In this document: piece after piece, positions 55,207 through 64,000 of the stretch
Position numbering within the stretch: the first letter of the stretch is position 1
Layout: the number at the start of each line of letters is the position of its first letter
DNA from: Octopus vulgaris
Lineage: Eukaryota
Direction: 5' to 3'
Length of the DNA stretch: 64,000 nt
Assembly: GCA_951406725.2 (NCBI GenBank)
Contig: OX597828.1
Coordinates: 8,370,001-8,434,000 of the forward strand
Position numbers and translations under genes: made by a program
The notes under the pieces: model-generated
Database searches by the model: none
The model's input: the letters and a program-made list of their open reading frames with translations, nothing else
What the model was told of the DNA's origin: nothing

Positions 55207-55861
55207 ATATGAAGTCCATCGGTGGCCGAAGAGGACAAAGTCTGAGTTCTCAGGGATGAGAGCGCGTGTCACTCCGCAGTTCAAAGCTGGAAGCACTCAG
55301 ACCAGATAACCCAGTGACAGTTTGTTTACTGGGTTGAGGTGGATTCTACCCTGTGGCATCTTTCTCATGCTGCACCGCAACGCTGTTGCCGGTCCTTTTC
55401 GAAGGCAGCTGTTGCGAATGAGATGAGAGACTTCTACGCTGATCTGTCTGAGGCAGAATGTTCGAGTTCACGTGGGCTTATTCCGCTCCATTTGAGGTTA
55501 CTTTTCAGAGTATCTTTGCACCTTCGTTTCTCCTTAGCGTCACTTCTGAGTGAATCCTTTGTGAGCTGGCCGTACAACAGATGCCTGGTTACACGTCCGT
55601 CAGTCATTCTGATGACATGGCCAGTCCAGCGTAACTTAGCAATATTGACTCAATGCTTGTTGAACAAGCCCTGTCCAAAACTTCTTGATTTGTCACTCTG
55701 TCCTGCCAGTGAATTTCCATGATCCTACACAGTGCCATTGTGTGAATGTGTTCAAGCTGTTTGCTGTGCAGTCGGTATAATCTCCATGTCTGATATCCAT
55801 AGCGTAGTGTAGACACGACGACAGCATTTTAGATCTTGATCTTGGCGATAGTCTGATGTCG
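55207..55861 (-). pseudogene. RTE-clade LINE, 3' part of ORF and tail
   Basis: IRLS.KIKI.NAVVVSTLRYG..IMEIHWQDRVTNQEVL.RA..SIESIL..LRWTGHVIRM..LLYGQL. Confidence 0.9.
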
Positions 55862-56861
55862 ACCGGGAAGCATTGCAGCAAATACCTCACAAGTTCTACT
55901 CAAAGACCTTGGCCTGCAGATGAGATCAAGACCGTCAGAAAAGAAATGATCTGTGGTAAAGCTCTCGGAGCTGTCGAAATAAACGAACAGTTCGCTGCTT
56001 TCTGTCGCTGGAAAAATCTTGGCCCGCTTCCTATTCAACAGACTCATCACCAGCGTCTCGGAGAGTAACTTGGCAGAAGCTCAGTGTTGCTTCCGCCCTG
56101 GCTGCAACACCATAGGCATGGTGTTTGCTGTGTGTCAAGTCAAGGAAAAGTGTATTGAACAACGGATGGAGTTGCAGTCTTTATTCATAGTCCAGACCAA
56201 AGCTTTTGGCATAGTCAATAGAGAAGCTTTGCGGACCACCCTAACTAAGCTACGCTGCCCACACAATTTCACCACACATATAATACTCTTTCATAACCAT
56301 ACGATCGGTCAAGTTCTTTGCAATGGCGACTGCAACTTTTTCAACATCTCCAGTGGCATGAAACAGAGCTGCATACTTGCCCCCGCCTTGTTCAATTTGT
56401 TCATCACACAGCTCTTGCTTTACGCAATGAATGACCTACACCTGGGCATATACATTACATATCGGTAAGATGGCTCAGTTTCTGACCTCCTCCGACTCTC
56501 TACTCCAACCAAGGCAGTGGAAAAGCTCATTACTGAAACCCTATCTGCAGATGATTATGCCTTTGTGGAACATGAGGTAAATCACATGCAGACATTTGTT
56601 GATTGCTTTATAAAAGCGACGAGGCTTTCTGGACTGATCATCAACCCTGCGAAAATGGAGGTTCTAGTCCAAGCAGCCCCGAACACATTTCGCCCTAGTC
56701 AAACATCAGCATCGAGGGAGTCCAGCTTAAGTGTGAGGAGAGTTTCAAGTAACTTGGCGGCACGATCTCAGACGTCGGATAATTGGACTGCAAAATTTCA
56801 TCCAGAATCCAGAAGGCCAGCCAATCATTTGGAAGGATGAATGGGAAAGGCATTAGACTAA
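55862..56861 (+). pseudogene. RTE-clade LINE reverse transcriptase core, inverted relative to the 3' part
   Basis: GKILARFLFNRL..EAQCCFRPG..KEKCIEQ..TKAFGIVNREAL..GMKQSCILAPALFNLF..SADD..GLIINPAKMEVL..RIQKASQSFGR. Confidence 0.9.
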
Positions 56862-57215
56862 CGTTGTTCCACACAGTTCTGAAATGACTGGATAATGATG
56901 ACAGCTGGAATTCCTTTGACAATACGCCTGTCCCATCAGTATCCAAAACAGTGTTACGTGGACCCCGCCCCATGGGTCTAAACTTTTGAGGCCCAAACAA
57001 GGAAAACAGTAAATCAGTGATGCACAGTAGTGTTTAAAGCGGCCATGAAGAAAATTTTAATATAGAAGTATCTATTGCAAGAAAGAGCTAGGTTTCTTTC
57101 TCTAACGTTTTACATGCATGTAAGTTCAATTGACAGAAGTTATTGTGAGGAAAGCAAAATAGGAATTTAGAAGTAAACATCGAAAACTAGTTTTTAAACA
57201 TCGAATGTCTTAGGG

Positions 57216-58964
57216 TAGGGGTGGACAATTGTTTGAAAGGGCCGTGGTTAGCAGAGTGCTGCTCCTTTTATAACTGATCGTATTCAATAGTTAGCATTAC
57301 ATTTCATTGGATGCGAAGTGGAAATTGCGTAATGATAATAAATGAATAAACTAAAACAATAGTGGTACACAGAAAAGGTTTCATTGAATTTATTTACGTG
57401 CAGATTACACATCAGCCAGCACAAGTAATTTAATGAGACAAATGTAAATTGTCACATGCATTTACAATTGTTTTGAAATCAGAAGTGAGGTTGCTTGTTG
57501 AGATCCTCATCGTTGCCTACAAGTTTGTCAGTCACAGAGTATCTATTTTTAATCTTGTTGATTTTTATGCAAGAAAATCGTTGCTCACAAATATGTGTAT
57601 CCTAAAACAAAAAAAAAAACAACATATTCCCAGAAAATTTCTTCATACATGCACATTTGTCAGTTGATAGAAATTTGTAAAATTCTATCAATAGTACAGA
57701 ATTAAGCAATTCTTTCAACGTGTGATTGGACTACATGTTAGTTCAAGCTACACTTCTTCAGGTGCTGTATTGATATCAGCAGCGAAAAGATAAGATAGCA
57801 AATTTAATCCTGCGTCAATTTTCTTAAAATCCTTAAATCTTATCATGATCTCATTGTCCAAACTAAGCAATTGATCCCTAATCTTGGAAGAAACACTTAT
57901 AGGTACATTTTGCTTTCTTAATAAAGGGAAATGATAAAATTTGCTTTCACCTGCTTGCCTTGTAAATAGGCCTAGTTTTGTTTGATATGATCTCACAGGC
58001 CTAAACATTTCATGTACAAACAATCCATTTCTCAGCAATGTCACGTTCAATTCATTTAATTTCTCTAACGTATCTGCAAAAGTCGTCTCATCTCTACACT
58101 CTTCACATCACATTTTGGCCAAAGAAGACAAAAGAAAACCAAAGAAAAGTTTTACTTGCAGAGTTCTGCTGTTCAGTTAGTTCGTCAATAATTAAGCCTA
58201 TGCACCGCAACATAGTCCTCCTTGATTATGAAATGGTTTAGAATTTGCTTCTTGCGTCAAGGCACCGGAAGCCTGTGCAATCTATCAAGCACCGCTTAAC
58301 AATCTCGCCATCAGAAAATGGCTTGTTGCTTTTAGCGAGGTTGTATGCTACCATGAAGCACCATCCCGAAGTGTCGGTGCTTCGTAAATATGACCTATTG
58401 CTTCTTCAGCTTCGTAACACACTCTTCAGCTTATCTTCTGCTTTCCTCCTCGGACATTTCGCTAGCAAACCCGCCGTATTTTGTTTGGTGGTGTCGTTTG
58501 ACATTGTATTTCTTGAGCACGGAAACCGTCACGTGACACAATAAACACATTGCCTTATTCCCTGAATTACTGAACAAATATTTGTGCATCCAGTCTTCCT
58601 TGAACGCATGGCATTCTTTTTCGATTTTGCGCTTTTTAGGAGGGTTCATATTTTCTCAAGTCAGAGCGTTACAAATCGTACTGTTGCAAAGAGAAAACTG
58701 TTGCGTGTAAAGGGATTGCACATGCGTCGGACGAGCGCATGCGCAGTAGGTATCCGCCTATTAAAACACGAGGATAATTTTCTGTGACACAAAGGAAGCA
58801 GGTATCAGTTCAAGTTAGCGTTGGCACAAGCAGTTTACGGTGATTAGTTTACGAAAATTTTAGACTTATAAAATATTTTTTTATGAATGTCTCCGCAGGC
58901 TACAAAAAACTCTGTGGAGGGACGCAACTGGTTTAGTGGGACCACCAGAATAGAATATTAGTCT
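57216..58964 (-). mobile_element. hAT (Charlie/SPIN/GTF2IRD2-like) transposon remnant
   Basis: N-terminal KKRKIEKECHAFKEDW..CLLC..KYNVKRHH BED finger (58431-58649), NELNVTL..FYHFP..RFKDF (57748-58050) and C-terminal TYICEQ.FS..K motif. TAGGGGTGGACAA TIR-like left end; decayed right end. Confidence 0.85.
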
Positions 58965-59564
58965 AAAAGGTTCATTAAAAAAACCCCAATGGTTGAGATC
59001 ACTGTTGTAGACTCTAAAAGTATAAAATAATCTATTTGGCATTAAAGAAGAGTGTGCATGAAAAGAGGACTTGGGAAAATATTTCTTAACATGCATTTTT
59101 CAAATCGTAAATTCAATGAAACTAAGAAGTAATGCAAAATGATTTTCACCATTTGATTTATGTAAACTAAGCTTTTAACTCCTCTACTAAGCTTTCTTTA
59201 AATACTCTGTAATGTTTTTTCTGCTAAATGCAATAAGATACATTTTCTTTCTCGCAACTATTAATCCATTCATCCTGTATCCTGTTACACCAAAAAATTT
59301 CAACCATTTTTGTGAAACATAAGCACAGTATAAACCAACGTAATCATCAGTTGAAAAGAATTTCAGCAATATTTCAACTCTAATCTGTGATATATAGATC
59401 TATAAATTATGACTACTCAAACTTAATTACATTTTTCTACGTTTTCTTCCTCTGAGCATATATCTTTAATTTGATAAAACGATAGAAAGATTAACACACA
59501 TCTTTGATTTGTTAATGAGTTTCTGAATGATTTTACACAAGCAGTGTTGATATATTGTTTTCAT

Positions 59565-59773
59565 AAGGCAGCGAGCTGGCAGAATCGTTAACACGCCGAG
59601 CAAATGCTTAGTGGCATTTTGTCCGTCTGTTGTTCTGAGTTCAAATTCCGCGGAAGTCAACTTTGTATTTCAGCCGTTCAGGGTTGATACGATGAGTTCC
59701 AATTGAAAACAAGGGTCGACATAATCGATCTATCCCATCCTCGAAGTTCCTGACCTTGTGCCAAATCTTGAAA
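59565..59773 (+). mobile_element. SINE family B copy
   Basis: AAGGCAGCGAGCTGGCAGAATCGTT head through CCTTGTGCCAAATCTTGAAA tail. Confidence 0.88.
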
Positions 59774-59804
59774 GATATATATTGAAGTTAGCATATATGC
59801 TTGT

Positions 59805-59852
<48 letters not shown>

Positions 59853-60079
59853 ATGTTTGTGTGTGTGTGTATGTATTTGCATACGTATGAGATATCTGAA
59901 CGGTGATTTGTCGGAGATAAATCCAGTGTGCTTTTGTCTATTTCTGATAGTCTAGACACCATTTTGCCCGCTTATCAATGTTAAAAGGAGACTGAAAAAG
60001 TTTAGCAATTATAGCCTCCCCATGATATCTAGTTTTCTCGAACTCACCACCAAGGATTCTAGTCGGCTACAGTGCATAA

Positions 60080-60220
60080 TTAGTACTTATTTCATCGACC
60101 CCAAAAGGGTGAAAGGCAAAGTCGACATCGGCGGAAATTGAACCCAGAACATAGCGACGGTTGAAATACCGCCAAGCATGTCGTCCAGCCTGCTAACAGT
60201 TCTACCAGCTGACTGCCTTA
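60080..60220 (-). mobile_element. SINE family B 5' half
   Basis: GTACTTATTTCATCGACCCCAAAAGGGTGAAAGGCAAAGTCGAC. Confidence 0.85.
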
Positions 60221-61227
60221 GCATCACCTGTAATAATAGAAGCAACAAGAACAACAGCATTTGTAAAAAGTTCTCAAAATCACTAACAAAATACTATTAG
60301 CATTGCCAGCGTTATAGCAAGAAACTGTAGCTATAGAGACAAAATTATCGACACCATCACAGACATCCCAATAAAACCATTAACAGTACAGACAAAAATG
60401 ATGCTTACAACAACAGCAGCAACTGCTGCAGTGAAAGAAAGAAAAAGTTTTTTCTTGCCCAGATCACAAACGCTATGCGATTCTATCTTTCTAGATCATA
60501 AACACCAACATTTAATTAAGGCGGAGAAAAACATTAAGAGACCAGAACACAGGAAAGCTTTTCTCAATATACCGCAATACCTTTGAAACTAATCAGGATG
60601 GAAAACATTTCTCTACAGATGCATATCGACGAAAAGCGACAACTTATAGCATAGGACTTGAGACCAAGCTGAACTCTGTTAAAAAAGACGAGGTAAGACA
60701 TTAAATTTGTTGTGACAAGCATATAAGATAAGTACTCAATAATACTGGCTTGAAAGTTCTCTGTTGTCTCAACAGAAACCACAGAAAGGAAGAGCTGCAA
60801 GCAGGCATTTTGAAGTACCAACATCTCAAATTCAACCACCACCACCATTACCAACACCAACACCAGCACTATCACCATGAATACCATGGCTACAATCGCC
60901 ATCATCAACACCATCACACCACTAACAACAACACTACTACCAGAAGTAGCAACTGCAACACGAAAACCTACAGCCACTACAGCGACAGAATGAAGCCACA
61001 CCAACAGTGCACGTCACTTCATCTACAACACACGAAGCAGCAACTACAACAATATCCGCAACAAAAACATTAATAAGCAAAACCACAGTAACGAAAAAAA
61101 ACCCCAAAAAATCAAAATGAAAAACAAATCAAAAGCAATACCGACCCCAAGAATCACCTCAACACCACCAATACAAGACTGAAAATCACTACACTTCCCT
61201 ATAACTCCCACGAAACAATAAAATGAG

Positions 61228-61352
61228 GACCGTTATTTCATCGACCCCGAAAGTATAAAAGGCAAAGTCAACGTCGGCAGAGTTTGTACTCAGAATGTCG
61301 GAAAACGTTGAACTAAGTATTTTGTCCGGCGTGGTAACGATTCAGCCACCTT
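61228..61352 (-). mobile_element. SINE family B 5' half
   Basis: ATTTCATCGACCCCGAAAGTATAAAAGGCAAAGTCAAC..ACTCAGAATG. Confidence 0.78.
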
Positions 61353-61359
61353 GCTTTGA

Positions 61360-61361
61360 TG

Positions 61362-61394
<33 letters not shown>

Positions 61395-61578
61395 ACTGAT
61401 GATGACGATGATGATGATGATGACGACGATGATGATGATGGTGATGGTTATGATGATGATGATGATGATAACAGTAGAAGTAGTAAACGTCTTAGTAGTA
61501 GTAGTAGAATTGGTGGTGGTGGTGGCGGTAATAGTAGCGGGAGCCGCAGCAGTACCAGTAGTAGTAGTAGTAGTAGTA
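61360..61578. repeat. Compound (CTG)n(GAT)n(GTA)n(GGT)n trinucleotide repeats
   Basis: Direct reading. Confidence 0.9.
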
Positions 61579-62429
61579 AATGTATCAAGTTATATATTAC
61601 ACACACACATCGTTACCGACGTAAAGTACCTTCAATTATTCCAGTCATTGCTGAACCTCACACCGTAACACTATCCAGCTCATTGCTGCCGTTACTTATA
61701 TGAATGCATCCAAGTATTCATAGTCTTAATGTCTAAGAAATATATTCCTGGACAGGAATCACTTACATGGAATCTAAACGAACTCAGCATTACCATTAAA
61801 TTTAGTCAGTAACAATGTCTGGCCACTACTATCGATTACACATCCACAGTATGGCTATTTCAGATTAATTGAGCCAATCCGCTGAGAGATAAGTACCATT
61901 TCGAGAGAACGGTACTGCAGTTTCCTAGACAAACCACAAGCAGTTCTCACTTCGGCCATTCAGTCAATTATCTCATTTCGCCAGTTAAAGGTCTCTCATC
62001 AATGTGCAAAACTTTATTCATAAAATATCTATAAAAGCTTTAGATACACTATCACTATACAGTTTTCAACTGAAACCTAGTGCATGATAGATTCCTTTGT
62101 TAAAGATATTTAGCTTTTAAGATTACTTCTAATCTAATCATGTTTCCTTTTATTTATTTATTTTTCACTTCAGTACTGGATGTTTTGTTCATTCTGTAAA
62201 ATAGAGAGAAAAAAAGAAAAAAATCCCCCAGAACTCATGAGATTTCATTTTACGAAACAGAGAAAGTAAATACGTTGCTTACTGCAGCAGACACATATGT
62301 TTTAGTGTCTGAAAGTTCTGATATGTATACATTCCAGATGGAAATCTCGTACGCACACACACGCACACACACATCTTTGCCAGGTGTGTTTGTGAACACA
62401 CATATATATACTTTTATTCATTTATTTGT

Positions 62430-62612
62430 TTTATTCTTTTATTTGATTGCGGCCATGCTAGAGTACCGCCTTTCGTCGAAAAAATAGACCTCAGGACTTA
62501 CTCTTTGTAAGCTTAGTTTTTACTTTATTGTACGGTTTTGCCGAACCGCTAAATTACGGGTACGTAAACACACCAACATCGGTTGTCAAGCGCTGGTGTG
62601 GAGACAAACAAA
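62430..62612 (-). mobile_element. SINE family A 3' half
   Basis: TGCGGCCATGCTAGAGTACCGCC..TTTGCCGAACCGCTAAATTACGGG..CATCGGTTGTCAAGC. Confidence 0.85.
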
Positions 62613-62746
62613 CACACACACACACACACACAAACACACAGACACACAAACACACACACACATATATATATATACCATGGTCTCCTTATAGTACATCATT
62701 AGCATCGTCATCATCATCATCAACCACAGTGACTATATTATAGCTC

Positions 62747-62796
<50 letters not shown>

Positions 62797-62888
62797 ATGA
62801 ATATATATATTTATATATATGAATATATATATATTTATGTATATGCATATATACATATATATATACATACCTACATATGTATGTATAT

Positions 62889-63268
62889 ATACATGCATTT
62901 ATGGGTACAGGCCATACAAACCGTTGAACACAACGAGAAACGAAAACATAAAACCCAAAAACATAGAAGCGAACTTTTTCGAACAACGAAAGAAACAAAC
63001 AGAGAAACAGGACATACAACATAAAGAATATTCCCCTTCTTCAGTTGTCCTGTTTCATCAAAACCACTTTCGAAAGCAAGGACAATACGCAACTTCGTTG
63101 AAACAATCCTTCCCGCAAACCAAATTAAATAAATTTGGGGATCTTTTGCGGAGGAGGAAAGTGATAACAAGAACAGGACAGTGAGAACAAAACAGTAAGA
63201 ACAAACGCTGAGGGTTGTTAAGTCAAGACGATAAAAACATTATTATGAACGGTAGGAAGACGAGCTTA
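62889..63268 (-). mobile_element. (TA)n-embedded insertion of about 380 bp with a hammerhead-like half core
   Basis: Flanked by TA runs; T-rich 3' end on the minus strand; an 11 bp stem encloses CTGAAGA. Confidence 0.5.
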
Positions 63269-63378
63269 TATATATATATATAATTTCAGCAAAAATTTAG
63301 ATTCAAATGAATATGGTACTTAATTTAGATGCACCAGAATTTTGTATGGTGTTATCCATAAAAATCCCTGGGGGTGAT

Positions 63379-63466
63379 TATAATCAAAATAAGCAACAGG
63401 AATTACTCCGGTGATGGTGATGATGATGATGATGATGAGTCATTCTTGTTGCTTATTTTGATTATA
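63379..63466. repeat. 30 bp inverted repeat around a (GAT)n loop
   Basis: TATAATCAAAATAAGCAACAGGAATTACTC / GAGTCATTCTTGTTGCTTATTTTGATTATA. Confidence 0.85.
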
Positions 63467-63542
63467 TATATATATATATATATATAATGATGATTACAAT
63501 GATGATGAGGCAGATGTTTATAGTAATAAAAATTATGATTTC

Positions 63543-63750
63543 AAATGTTGGTGCAACGCCAGCAATTTTAGGAGATATGCTGAGTCGATTATATCGGCGC
63601 TTCCGCTCTTCTTATACTTATTTTATCAACCAAAAAGTGGAGAAATACAAAATCGAACCTGACGGATTTTCGACTCAGAGCAGGAGAGCAGGAAGAAATA
63701 CCGGTAAGCATTTTGTCCGACACGGTAATGTTTCTGCCAGCTTGCCGTCT
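63543..63750 (-). mobile_element. SINE family B copy (old)
   Basis: AAATGTTGGTGCAACGCCAGCAATTTT tail (reverse complement); GTAAGCATTTTGTCCG..TTTCTGCCAGCTTGCCG head (reverse complement). Confidence 0.78.
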
Positions 63751-63769
63751 TGATATTAATGACGCTAAT

Positions 63770-63982
63770 CAAGGCAGCTTGCTGGCAGAATGGTTAGCAC
63801 GCCGAGCCACATGCTCAGCGCCATTTCCTCCGTCTTCAAGTTCTGAGTTCAAATTCTGCCGAGGTCTACATTGCTTTCATTTCGTCGGGGTCGATAAAAT
63901 GAGTACCAGTTGAGTAATGACGTCGATCTAATCGACTTATCCCTCTCTTCAATTGCTGACCCTCTGATAAAACTTGAAACCA
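63770..63982 (+). mobile_element. SINE family B copy, head-to-head with the previous copy
   Basis: AAGGCAGCTTGCTGGCAGAATGGTTAGCACGCCG..GTTCTGAGTTCAAATTCTGCCGAGGTC..GGGGTCGATAAAATGAGTACCAG. Confidence 0.88.
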
Positions 63983-64000
63983 ATAATAATAACAATAATC

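Noticed and set aside
60564-61073. His/Thr/Gln-rich ORFs (similar ones at 4978-5357 and 12598-12822)
   Set aside because: Degenerate (CAC/CAA/CAT)n tracts; no recognisable domain or splice context.

Overview
AT-rich, microsatellite-dense eukaryotic DNA with no intact host protein-coding gene that I can support. The repeat content and (TA)n/(CA)n/(TTA)n load suggest a cephalopod (Octopus-like) intergenic or intronic region; this is inference. The window is a mosaic of mobile-element remnants: three tRNA-derived SINE families (more than 20 copies, some tandem or nested), an internally deleted mariner, a hAT (Charlie/SPIN-like) remnant, two non-autonomous Helitrons (one with 23-aa STPR-like repeats), RTE, L1/Tx1 and CR1-like LINE fragments, fold-back elements, and a 5'-truncated Penelope-like element (PLE) with an open GIY-YIG endonuclease frame and an inverted terminal repeat. 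The main unexplained signal is about ten hammerhead ribozyme (HHR) motifs from at least six unrelated sequence families. Almost all lie in 130-550 bp islands inserted in (TA)n tracts and have a palindromic stem III, and several have large stem II insertions. Two are tandem monomers (retrozyme architecture), and one HHR lies in the PLE terminal repeat itself. This suggests a (TA)n-targeted PLE plus non-autonomous retrozyme system. All HHR calls were folded by eye; activity is untested.
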